64,000 nt of DNA from Akkermansia muciniphila (GTDB taxonomy: Bacteria; Verrucomicrobiota; Verrucomicrobiia; Methylacidiphilales; CAMAQI01), in the NCBI GenBank assembly GCA_945883905.1, contig CAMCYL010000003.1, positions 11 to 64,010 of the forward strand, in the 5' to 3' direction. The notes under the pieces were generated by a model. That model was not told where the DNA came from. It searched no databases and saw only the letters and a program-made list of their open reading frames with translations. Positions within the stretch are counted from its first letter, which is position 1. The number at the start of each line of letters is the position of its first letter. This document shows, piece after piece, positions 28,139 through 36,842 of this stretch. The translations under genes were made by a program, and so were the position numbers.

Positions 28139-29004
28139 TGAAAAAATCACTCTTTGTAACTCCTAAGCGCCGAGATGTTCATACGCTCTATTCAGAGACT
28201 AAAAAAATGCATCTTCAAAAAAAGTTGCGCCAAGGATCGATTTGGTTATTGGGATCGATTTTAATTTTTGCGGTTGTGGGCTGGTTTACTCATTGGGGAG
28301 TTCAAAAAGTGATTCAACATTTTGTCATGGATAATCCTCGTTATAATCTCACGGAGATCGAGGTGGAACTCCAGGGATCGCTTCAAAAGCGAGATATTAT
28401 TCGTGCGGCAAAAGTGGAGGTGGGAATGGCCCTGATGAAAATTGATCTTCGTCAGGTTCAGCTTGATATCGAAAAAATGCCTTATGTCGCAGAGGCTCGA
28501 TTGACTCGACATCTTCCCAATAAATTAATAATTCGAGTCAAAGAGAGAGTTCCGATGGCGCGTTGGACCTATTCCGGTTCGGCGACGCATTTAAGAGAGG
28601 TCTACACGATTGATCGCGATGGGGTTTTGATTCGTTCTCGTTCGAATGAGCAGCAAAATCTTCCGGAGATCACAGGATTTAAATTATCGGATCCGGAGCC
28701 CGGATTAAAGATTGAGAACAATGAAGTTCTTGCGGCGATTCAGTTATTAAAAGTGATGGAGCGTCCCGCACTTCGGGGAGTCATGAGCGTTCGATCGATC
28801 GATGTCTCCTCCCCTTATTCTTTACATCTTCTTTCAGGGGAGGGAATGGTCGCTCAATTTAGGACGACGATCATCGATCAACAACTCGAACGACTCGCAA
28901 AAATTATTGAAATTTCACGTCAAAAAGAGAACCCCATTGCAACGATCGATCTGACGCTAGATCGGAATGTGCCAGTGACGTTTATGAATCGCGGAGAAAT
29001 TTAA
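28138..29004 (+). CDS. ftsQ: Cell division protein FtsQ (POTRA domain)
   Basis: 288 aa with an N-terminal TM helix (IWLLGSILIFAVVGWF) and a POTRA-like region (ITEIEVELQGSLQKRDII...). It is in the conserved position. Confidence 0.75.
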   Translation: MKKSLFVTPKRRDVHTLYSETKKMHLQKKLRQGSIWLLGSILIFAVVGWFTHWGVQKVIQHFVMDNPRYNLTEIEVELQGSLQKRDIIRAAKVEVGMALMKIDLRQVQLDIEKMPYVAEARLTRHLPNKLIIRVKERVPMARWTYSGSATHLREVYTIDRDGVLIRSRSNEQQNLPEITGFKLSDPEPGLKIENNEVLAAIQLLKVMERPALRGVMSVRSIDVSSPYSLHLLSGEGMVAQFRTTIIDQQLERLAKIIEISRQKENPIATIDLTLDRNVPVTFMNRGEI

Positions 29005-29029
29005 ATCGAGTCGAAACAAGGAGAAGAGT

Positions 29030-30259
29030 ATGTTCTGGAAAAAAGAGAGAAATATCGTTGTCGCAGCAGAAATTGGAAGTTGTAAGGTCGCCGTGGCGGT
29101 CTCAGAACTTCGTGAGGATGGCTCGTTGTTTTTAATGGCGGTCGGTGAGGCTCCTTCGGGGAAGGTCCGAAAATGCGAAATTACCGACTTTCAAACCTCC
29201 CAAGATTGTTTGAAAGATGCACTCCGAGATGCGGAAGAGAAAACCGATGTCGCGATTCAAGAGCTTTATCTGGCTTTAAGTGGGGCCCATATCCGCTCGG
29301 TGAATACGCGTGTTTCAACCTCCATTGAGCATGAGGGAGATGAGATTCGCGATCTCGATATCGAAGTACTTCGTCAACAAGCACAGGATTATCCCGCTCC
29401 CGCAGAGGCCGTTTTACTGCATGATCTTCTTCGCCATTATTATTTGGAGGATGGATCAACGGTTCCGAATCCAGTGGGACTCTCCTCTAAGAAGGTTTTT
29501 GCCGACTATCATCTTGTCTATGGCATGGCGACTCGACTTCAAACAACTTTGCGCTGTGTGAAAGATCTTTCGATCGATGTTCCCGGTTATGCCTTAAGTT
29601 CTTACGCAACCGCTCAATCGGTCCTCACTCATGCTCAAAAGCAAAGCGGTTCGATTGTGATCAATTGCGGAGGGGGAGTCACTGATTATATTGCTTATGT
29701 CAGAGGGGCGGTCGTGCATACCGGTGTTTTAGGCGTCGGAGGGGAGCATTTAACCAGTGATCTTTCCATCGGTCTTAAAATCTCCTTTGCAAAGGCAGAG
29801 GAACTGAAGAAAAAAGAGGGGGCCGTTTATTTTGATAGCTCTTTAGAAAATGAAATTGCGATTCGAGATTTAAATTTTAGTGATCGTCATATTTATCGTG
29901 AATCAATGGTGACGATTCTTGCGGCACGCCAAGAGGAGATGTTTAAAATCATTCTCGAAGAACTTTCCGAACAGGCATTCTGGGGAGAGTTTAATGGAAC
30001 GATTTACTTGACCGGCGGGGCCTCGCAAATGAGAGGTCTTCTTGACCTTGCCGATGAAATTTTTCCGCATCCGGTTGAGATGGCGAAACAGAAGCCGATG
30101 GAAGGAGATCAGTCGTATTTAAATCGCCCCGATCTCGCTACGGTTTTTGGACTTCTTCAATATGCTCGATCCGATCAAATGTATAATCCTCCGATACGGG
30201 GATGGAGTCGGATGCAACAATCGTTTCGCAAAGTGTTAAGTGTTCTAAAACTACTGTGA
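29030..30259 (+). CDS. ftsA: Cell division protein FtsA (actin-like ATPase)
   Basis: 409 aa with VVAAEIGSCKVAVAV (phosphate 1), INCGGGVTDY, LTGGASQMRGL, and a C-terminal amphipathic tail. Confidence 0.9.
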   Translation: MFWKKERNIVVAAEIGSCKVAVAVSELREDGSLFLMAVGEAPSGKVRKCEITDFQTSQDCLKDALRDAEEKTDVAIQELYLALSGAHIRSVNTRVSTSIEHEGDEIRDLDIEVLRQQAQDYPAPAEAVLLHDLLRHYYLEDGSTVPNPVGLSSKKVFADYHLVYGMATRLQTTLRCVKDLSIDVPGYALSSYATAQSVLTHAQKQSGSIVINCGGGVTDYIAYVRGAVVHTGVLGVGGEHLTSDLSIGLKISFAKAEELKKKEGAVYFDSSLENEIAIRDLNFSDRHIYRESMVTILAARQEEMFKIILEELSEQAFWGEFNGTIYLTGGASQMRGLLDLADEIFPHPVEMAKQKPMEGDQSYLNRPDLATVFGLLQYARSDQMYNPPIRGWSRMQQSFRKVLSVLKLL

Positions 30260-30278
30260 GTGTAAAAAAGGAATCTCT

Positions 30279-31694
30279 ATGATTGATCTACGTGGAAAGC
30301 ATGAAAAACAGATGAGTGGTGTGACTTCAAAACCTCGTTTCCGTGTCCTCGGATTAGGACGTGCGGGGATTTCGATCTTGGATCGTTTAGTGCTTGGGGG
30401 GCTTGAGCATTTAGATATGGTTGCGCTTGATACCGATGAGCAAACTTTATTAAGTACGGTTTTACAACGTCGCTTGCTTTTAGGGGAAAAAATAGCGGGG
30501 GGACTGGGATGTTGGGGCGATGCGCAACGCGGTTATGAAATTGCCCAAGTGGAACAAGATTCTTTGAGGCTGATTCTCGATGGCTGTGACTATCTTTTAA
30601 TCGCTGTGGGTTTTGGAGGGGGAACCGGAGGGGGAGTTCTTCCAAAGATTTTAGAGATGGCACAGGCAGAGCGAGTTCAAACCGTGGTCTTTGGTACCCT
30701 TCCGTATGCCTGTGAAGGAGAGGGACGTACGACTCTGGCCTTAGAGCAATTGCATCAGGCTCGAAATTTTGCCGATTGTGTTCTCACCTCCTCTCACGAA
30801 CGATTAACTCCATTTTTTACCAGAGAGGCGAATCATCGAAAGGGATACGAATGGATGCATCAGATTGAATCAAAAGTAATCTATAGTATTCTCATGCTTT
30901 TGGAACAACCGGGGCTTTTTCCTCTCAGTTTTGCCGATTTACGAAGTCTTTACGGACGACTTCAAGGAAGTCAGACCAGTGAAAACTGTTTGATTGGATA
31001 TGCCGAGGGAACTCTTGGCGTGGATAACGAGGCCTTATTGGATGATCTTTTAGAGGGACCTTTACTCGCCGGTGAAGATGTTTGGCGCGAGATGGATCAT
31101 GCCTTACTTTCTGTGAGCGGAGGTAAAGAACTTTCAGTGCTCGAAATTCAGGAGATCATGCGACAGATCCAAAACCGTTTTGGTCGCCCGATTCCAGTGG
31201 CTGTGAGCGCCCATTTTGAGGGACCTCAGGATGGAAAAATCCGACTGACCTTGATGCTGGCAAAAACAATCGAAGTGGAGATCTCTGAACCGGTTAAAGA
31301 GCGAAAGAGTTCACTTCCTGTATCGGTTAAACAGGATCTTTCACTCTCGGCGAGAGTCGATTTTGAACCGGTGATTATTTTAGAGATGCCAGAACAGTTC
31401 GATTCAACTCCTGTTTTAGTCCCCACCACTCCCGTGACGCAGAGGAGTGAGGCGGGTGAAAGGGTTCCTGTTTTAGAGGAGAGTGCCCCGGCTGAATTTG
31501 CTTTTGAAATGGGGGAGGCATCTGGGGTCACTGCAAAGAGCAAAAAATCAAAATCGAAAAAAGTGAAACAAGCGGAGCTCTCCTTGGAAGTTCCGAACCG
31601 CGGTCGATTTGAAAAGGCCTCCGAAACCTTCTGGAAAGGGGAAAACCTCGATCAACCGACCTTTAAAAGACGTTCCTTGTACGTTCGACTTTAA
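30279..31694 (+). CDS. ftsZ: Divergent FtsZ
   Basis: 471 aa with tubulin signature GGGTGGG (aa 113-119, nt 30615-30635). Several loops are non-canonical: GLGRAG for GVGGGG, GLGCWGDAQRG for G.GAGANPEVG, and LSFAD for NVDFAD. A long acidic/Pro-rich linker follows, then the C-terminal peptide LDQPTFKRR (compare DIPAFLR). The alternative start is ATG 30312. The 3' end overlaps convergent cimA by 32 bp. Confidence 0.85.
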   Translation: MIDLRGKHEKQMSGVTSKPRFRVLGLGRAGISILDRLVLGGLEHLDMVALDTDEQTLLSTVLQRRLLLGEKIAGGLGCWGDAQRGYEIAQVEQDSLRLILDGCDYLLIAVGFGGGTGGGVLPKILEMAQAERVQTVVFGTLPYACEGEGRTTLALEQLHQARNFADCVLTSSHERLTPFFTREANHRKGYEWMHQIESKVIYSILMLLEQPGLFPLSFADLRSLYGRLQGSQTSENCLIGYAEGTLGVDNEALLDDLLEGPLLAGEDVWREMDHALLSVSGGKELSVLEIQEIMRQIQNRFGRPIPVAVSAHFEGPQDGKIRLTLMLAKTIEVEISEPVKERKSSLPVSVKQDLSLSARVDFEPVIILEMPEQFDSTPVLVPTTPVTQRSEAGERVPVLEESAPAEFAFEMGEASGVTAKSKKSKSKKVKQAELSLEVPNRGRFEKASETFWKGENLDQPTFKRRSLYVRL

Positions 31695-33249
31695 TGAGAT
31701 AAAATTCGATACTATCGGTGAGCGCCAGCCATGAGGCATCGATGATATTATCGGAGACCCCGACGGTGTTCCATGTTTGAGTGCCGTTGCTCGATTCGAT
31801 GAGAACTCGAGTCTTTGCGGCCGTTCCCGCATTCGAATTTAAGATCCGAACTTTATAATCAGTCAAACGGATCTCCGCAATTTTAGGATAATATTTAACG
31901 AGCGCCGCTCTCAGAGCTGCATCCAATGCGTTAATCGGTCCGTCTCCTTCCGAAACGGTATAAAGCGTTTCGCCGTTGATTTGAATCTTCACGGTTGCTT
32001 CGCAGGCATCAAACGGATGTTCTGATTTGCGACGAAAGGAAACATGATACTCGACTAATTCAAAGAACGATTTCTGTTTCTGTAACGCTTTGCGAATCAG
32101 GAGTTCAAAGGAGGCATCTGCCGCCTCAAATTCATAGCCTTTGTTTTCAAGACTCTTGACTTGATCCAAGATGACTTTGGTTTCAGGGGCTTTTTCATCT
32201 AGTGCAATCTTAAGTTCCCGTGCCTTCAACATGACATTGGTACGACCGGAAAGTTCGCCAATGAGAATGCGCTGGGCGTTGCCGACGAGTTCCGGAGTAA
32301 TATGTTCGTAGCTCGTGGAGGTTTTATTGATCGCATTGACATGGGTTCCCCCCTTATGGGCAAAAGCGGCGGTTCCGACAAAGGGGGCACGGATATTGTG
32401 GCGTTGGTTGGCGATCTCATCGACATAAAGCGAGAGCTCCCGAAGTTTTTGCAGACTTTCTACGGAGACCACCGGATACCCCATTTTCAATTGAAGATTG
32501 GGAATCACCGAGATCAGATTGCAGTTTCCGACCCGCTCTCCAAATCCGTTCATGGTTCCTTGGACTTGTAACGCTCCTTCCTGAATTGCGGCGAGGGCAT
32601 TGGCAACGCCACAACCGCTATCATCGTGGGTATGAATTCCTAATTTTGTCGAAACAAGAGGGATCAAATGACGAACGACCTCTGCGACTTGTGAGGGAAG
32701 AGTGCCTCCATTTGTATCACAAAGTACCACGTAATCCGCTCCCGCCTGTGCCGCCGCTTGTAGGCATTGGGTGGCATATTCTGGAGAATCTTTAAAACCG
32801 TCGAAGGCATGTTCGGCATCGTAAATAACTTCTCGTCCATGAGATTTCAAAAAACGAACGGTATCTGCGATCATTGCGAGGTTTTCTTGAGGAGTCGTTC
32901 TTAAAACCTCGGTGACGTGGAGAAGCCAGGTTTTTCCGTAGATCGTGACTACAGGAGTTTCTGATTCCAAGAGAAGTCGGACTTGGGGGTCCTCTTCGAC
33001 TTTGACTCCCGCTTTACGTGTACTTCCAAAGGCGGCGAGCTTTGCTTTTTTAAGTTTTAACGATTTTGCCTGTTGAAAAAAATCGATATCCTTGGGATTA
33101 GATCCCGGCCATCCCCCTTCAATATAATGGACCCCAAAAAGATCGAGACGCTCGGCAATTCGAATCTTGTCGGCTAACGATAGATTGATTCCCTCTCCCT
33201 GCGTTCCATCCCGCAGTGTCGTATCGTAGATCGTGACCTGATTTTGCAT
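31663..33249 (-). CDS. cimA: (R)-citramalate synthase (IPMS/homocitrate synthase family)
   Basis: 528 aa. The N-terminus VTIYDTTLRDGTQGEGINLSLADKIRIAERLDLFGVHYIEGGWPGSNPKD is CimA-type, and HTHDDSGCGVANAL is present. Confidence 0.88.
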   Translation of the reverse strand: MQNQVTIYDTTLRDGTQGEGINLSLADKIRIAERLDLFGVHYIEGGWPGSNPKDIDFFQQAKSLKLKKAKLAAFGSTRKAGVKVEEDPQVRLLLESETPVVTIYGKTWLLHVTEVLRTTPQENLAMIADTVRFLKSHGREVIYDAEHAFDGFKDSPEYATQCLQAAAQAGADYVVLCDTNGGTLPSQVAEVVRHLIPLVSTKLGIHTHDDSGCGVANALAAIQEGALQVQGTMNGFGERVGNCNLISVIPNLQLKMGYPVVSVESLQKLRELSLYVDEIANQRHNIRAPFVGTAAFAHKGGTHVNAINKTSTSYEHITPELVGNAQRILIGELSGRTNVMLKARELKIALDEKAPETKVILDQVKSLENKGYEFEAADASFELLIRKALQKQKSFFELVEYHVSFRRKSEHPFDACEATVKIQINGETLYTVSEGDGPINALDAALRAALVKYYPKIAEIRLTDYKVRILNSNAGTAAKTRVLIESSNGTQTWNTVGVSDNIIDASWLALTDSIEFYLIKVERTRNVF

Positions 33250-33370
33250 AAGGGGATCAGAAATAGCTCATTTTCACCAAAAGACAAGGATCAGGCGAAG
33301 CTGCCTTTTACTCATGGGAGAGGGGAACCCGATTCAATCACGCTCACTCGACTTCTCGCCTTGTTCAAAA

Positions 33371-33740
33371 CATTAGTGTCCAGCTAAAACAAAAAAAACT
33401 TAAATACATTGTCTCACGCAATGACGCCACGACGCTACGTTAAATTCCTACCCCCCCCTCGTTCTGACCACGGCTCCTCTGAGCCTCCTCCCTATTTTTA
33501 AAAAGTTCTCGAAAACGAGCTTTCGAGCGCTTTTTTAAAAACAGGGATCTATCGCTTACGCTCTTGGGGTCAGAACTTCCACCCCCCTTCATAAAAAACA
33601 ATCCGAGAATTTTCCTTTGAGGAGATCACGATCCTCTCCCTCTCTGACGTTGCGGCGTAGCGTCGTTGCGCGAGAACTGCTTTAGGATTTCAATCCCCCT
33701 CCTCAAATTCACCTCTGAAATCCAGAGTTGTTTTGGACGG
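33371..33740 (-). repeat. Family-1 element, copy C (reverse orientation, about 370 bp, lacks the 22-bp-inverted-repeat hairpin module)
   Basis: Its reverse complement aligns end-to-end with copy A (ccgtccaaaac...gaggagggggattgaaatcctaaagcagttctcgcgcaacgacgc ... gcgtgagacaatgtatttaagtttttt...ctggacactaatg). The exception is about 120 bp corresponding to 7974-8093. Confidence 0.9.
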
Positions 33741-33754
33741 TAGAGTGTTCAAAA

Positions 33755-35635
33755 TTATTTTTTTAACTGAAGTTTTTTTCTTTTTCGATGGCGATGGAGT
33801 TCGATGCTTGCAACAAGCAGGAGGAGGAGGATTCCTCCGATGATATTATCCGATTCAGGAATTGCGCTGGAAAGAGCCACGAGCTCATTGCCAACGAGAG
33901 TGGCCCCCACTCCATAACCTGAAAACTGGATTTGAGTGAGAAAGGCGGGAGTGAATCCGCTGGTATTGGTAAAATAAAGTCGATCGGTTCCCCCCGCGGT
34001 CCAGTTGCTCACCGTCAGAATCGATCCTCCGACGCGATTAATCGAGGCGAAGGTAAGCGTGCTCGCTCCGGCTCCCATGTCGATCGTGGAATTCGTAGAG
34101 AGTGTCAGGGCCCCCATGGTTTCTGACATCGTGCCGGAGGCGGCGATCGTTCCACCGTTGAGATTTACAGTGGCGGCGTTATTGATTCGATCGGAGACAC
34201 CCGTTCCACTGAGGAGAAGAGTGCTGCCGGCATTGATCGTAAGGGCGCTTGTTGATCCGAGCGCATTTGTGACGGAGGCGTTGAGGGTTCCTCCTGAGAT
34301 CGTTGTGGCGCCAGTGTAGGTATTGGCTCCAGAGAGCGTCATCGTTCCAGTCCCCGTTTTCGTAACCGTTCCCGCTCCAGAGATCACTCCTGAAAGAGTC
34401 GTTGAGCTATTGTTTCCTCCGGTGGTGAGTGCTCCCCCGGTTCCGAGGACAACCGATCCACTCCCGCCGACCGATCCGACAGTTTCGGTTCGAGCATTGA
34501 GATTCCAACGGCCATCACTATTGAGGGTGAGGCTCGAACTATTGCTAATCACCTGATTTCGAGAGTTTTGGAGAGTCGCTGAATTAGCAGCGCCAATCCC
34601 ATCCCCGATGATAATGTTCCCAAGGATTCCGCTATTGGCATTTGCGGTGGTATTGAGGACAAGCGTTCCATTATTAATTGTGGTCGTTCCCGTATAGGTG
34701 TTATTCGCTGCATTAAAAGTGGCGGTCCCCGTTCCCTCTTTGATTACATTTCCAGTTCCAGTGATTGAGGAGTTAACCGAAAAAGCTCCTGTATTCGCAT
34801 TGAGCGTCAAGGTGTTGGCTCCGAGGGCGATGGAGTCTAATGTCGTGCTGTTTCCAAGTGTAAAAGTTCCGGTGGAAGCGGTGATTGTGGAGTTTCCGCC
34901 AAGCGTAATATTGCCGTTTACAGCGGCGCTTCCTCCTGAATTTCGAAGCGCCCCAAGACCTGCAGAGCCCGTCCCTGTGATCGTGAGATTTTCAGCGTTA
35001 TTGAGAGAAATCCCGGAATTAAGTTGAAGGGTCGCTCCAGATTGAACCTCGGTTCCTGCGGCTCCTGATCCAAGTGCATTATTCTTAGCGACAGCGAGAA
35101 TTCCGCTCGAGACCGTCGTGAGACCGGTATAAGTATTATTTCCAGAGAGCGTTGCTGTCCCAGAGCTTGTTTTTGTAATTCCACCGACTCCGGAGAGCTT
35201 TCCTGAAAGCGTCAGGGCTCCGGTTCCCGTACCACTGAGCGTTGTCGTGCTCAATAAATTGAGAGCATTACTCAGGCTTCCTGTGAATGTCGAATTTTGA
35301 ACAATCGTCGGAGCGGTTCCCGCCATATTAAGGGAATTGCCGCTGACCGAAAAGTTAGCGGTCATTCCTGAGCTAAAGGTGAGTGAATTGATTCGAAAAT
35401 TATTAGCGATATTTTGAACGGTCGCCGGTCGAATTCCTCCTGAAAAAACAATCGCCGTCGTTGAAGAGGATACAGGGAGAACGTTTGGATTCCAATTATC
35501 AGCTTTATTCCAGTTGGCGTTCACCCCTCCGCCATCCCAAATTTGAGCTGGAAGCGGGATTATTAAAATTGCGGTAAAAAGGATAGGGTACAGAATTTTA
35601 CGTCGAAGGGATGAAATGAACGCTGGATTACCCAT
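33755..35635 (-). CDS. Secreted autotransporter-associated beta-strand-repeat protein with PEP-CTERM-like C-terminal anchor
   Basis: 626 aa with a signal peptide (ILYPILFTAILIIPLPAQI). Many repeats have the form GTGTLTLSG.NTYTG.TT...GTL. The C-terminus is IPESDNIIGGILLLLLVASIELHRHRKRKK, that is a PE-motif, a TM helix and a basic cluster. Confidence 0.8.
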   Translation of the reverse strand: MGNPAFISSLRRKILYPILFTAILIIPLPAQIWDGGGVNANWNKADNWNPNVLPVSSSTTAIVFSGGIRPATVQNIANNFRINSLTFSSGMTANFSVSGNSLNMAGTAPTIVQNSTFTGSLSNALNLLSTTTLSGTGTGALTLSGKLSGVGGITKTSSGTATLSGNNTYTGLTTVSSGILAVAKNNALGSGAAGTEVQSGATLQLNSGISLNNAENLTITGTGSAGLGALRNSGGSAAVNGNITLGGNSTITASTGTFTLGNSTTLDSIALGANTLTLNANTGAFSVNSSITGTGNVIKEGTGTATFNAANNTYTGTTTINNGTLVLNTTANANSGILGNIIIGDGIGAANSATLQNSRNQVISNSSSLTLNSDGRWNLNARTETVGSVGGSGSVVLGTGGALTTGGNNSSTTLSGVISGAGTVTKTGTGTMTLSGANTYTGATTISGGTLNASVTNALGSTSALTINAGSTLLLSGTGVSDRINNAATVNLNGGTIAASGTMSETMGALTLSTNSTIDMGAGASTLTFASINRVGGSILTVSNWTAGGTDRLYFTNTSGFTPAFLTQIQFSGYGVGATLVGNELVALSSAIPESDNIIGGILLLLLVASIELHRHRKRKKLQLKK

Positions 35636-35641
35636 GGGGTA

Positions 35642-35670
35642 AGTTTATCTCGCTCTTCGAAGCCTGTCAA
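35642..35670 (-). promoter_or_regulatory. Sigma-70-like promoter candidate for the repeat-protein gene
   Basis: On the minus strand: TTGACA (35670-35665), 17-nt spacer, TAAACT (35647-35642). Six nt (tacccc) then precede the ATG at 35635. Confidence 0.35.
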
Positions 35671-35757
35671 AAGAGATTCTAGCTCGATGGAGTCTTTTAA
35701 CCCAGGTTCTCATATTTTCTGCTTTCGTTTTTTGTAAAAAAATGGCTCTTTGGAGGA

Positions 35758-36825
35758 ATGATTCAAGTTTACGCCCCTGGAAGAGCTGAGGTATTGGGAA
35801 ACCACACCGATTACAATGACGGTCTTGTTTTATCGATTGCGGTGGATCGAGGAACAACGATTAAAGGAGCGCCTCGGTATGATGGCAAAATTAAACTGAT
35901 CGCCTCCGATCTTCAGGAGGAGATTCTTTTAGATCTTTCCGAGATTCGCCCTCAAGTCACCAAGGAGTGGGGGAATTATGTTTTAGGAGTTTACGACCAG
36001 TTTGTGAAACGAGGCGTTCCTCCAAAAGGATTTGAGATAGAGATCTCGAGTAATCTTCCGATGGGGGCAGGACTCAGTAGCAGCGCTGCGTTAGAGGTGG
36101 CGACGGCGCTTTTTTTACAGCAACTTTATCAGACTCGTTTTGATAAGTTGGAACTCGCCAAGATCGGACAGGCGGCGGAGCACCAATTCGTGGGAGTGAA
36201 GTGTGGATTACTGGATCAGATCTCGAGTCTTTTTGGAAAGAAAGATCATTTGATTTATATCGATTGTCGAACCTTTGAAGTCCGCACGATTCCGATTCCT
36301 TCAGGAGTTCAATTTGTGATTGCGAACTCAAAGGTGAAACATGCGCTCGTCACGGGTGAATATAACGAACGTCGCGAGTCGTGTGAAGCGGCCGCGAAAT
36401 CGTTAGAGGTTCGTGCCCTTCGGGATGTGACCCCCGAATTTTTAGAGAAAAATCGGGTGAGACTCTCTTTGAATGCATTAAAACGGGCTCGGCATGTTGT
36501 GGGGGAGATCGATCGTGTTCAAAGAGCGGAGAAGGCATTAGAAAAATCGGAGATTGCTGCTTTTGGGAAATTGATGTGGGAGTCTCACGAAAGTTCGGTT
36601 CAAAATTTCGAAAATTCCTGTCAAGCGTTAGATCATTTAATCACGGCATCAAAGAAAGTGAAAGGCTGTTATGGGGGTCGTTTAAGTGGAGGGGGATTTG
36701 GCGGTGCCACGGTTAATTTAGTGGAGAGCGGTGCGGTAGAGTCCTTTACTCAAAAAATGACTCAAGCGTGGAAGACAACGGAATGTTTAGTGACGAGCGC
36801 CTGCGATGGGGCCTCGGTTTTATAG
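35758..36825 (+). CDS. galK: Galactokinase
   Basis: 355 aa with galactokinase signature GRAEVLGNHTDYNDG and GHMP motif PMGAGLSSSAALEVA. GGAGGA lies upstream of the ATG. Confidence 0.9.
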   Translation: MIQVYAPGRAEVLGNHTDYNDGLVLSIAVDRGTTIKGAPRYDGKIKLIASDLQEEILLDLSEIRPQVTKEWGNYVLGVYDQFVKRGVPPKGFEIEISSNLPMGAGLSSSAALEVATALFLQQLYQTRFDKLELAKIGQAAEHQFVGVKCGLLDQISSLFGKKDHLIYIDCRTFEVRTIPIPSGVQFVIANSKVKHALVTGEYNERRESCEAAAKSLEVRALRDVTPEFLEKNRVRLSLNALKRARHVVGEIDRVQRAEKALEKSEIAAFGKLMWESHESSVQNFENSCQALDHLITASKKVKGCYGGRLSGGGFGGATVNLVESGAVESFTQKMTQAWKTTECLVTSACDGASVL

Positions 36826-36842
36826 AAGGAGAGGAGCGAGCG

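Noticed and set aside
31663-31694. The 32-bp convergent overlap of the ftsZ and cimA 3' ends as a possible antisense regulatory feature.
   Set aside because: Short convergent overlaps are common in compact genomes, and no associated structure or motif is visible.
36768-36842. The ORF-track start of the sigma-factor gene overlaps galK by 58 nt.
   Set aside because: The ATG at 36843 is preceded by GGAGAGGAG and lies just after the galK stop. The upstream extension has no sigma-factor-like sequence.
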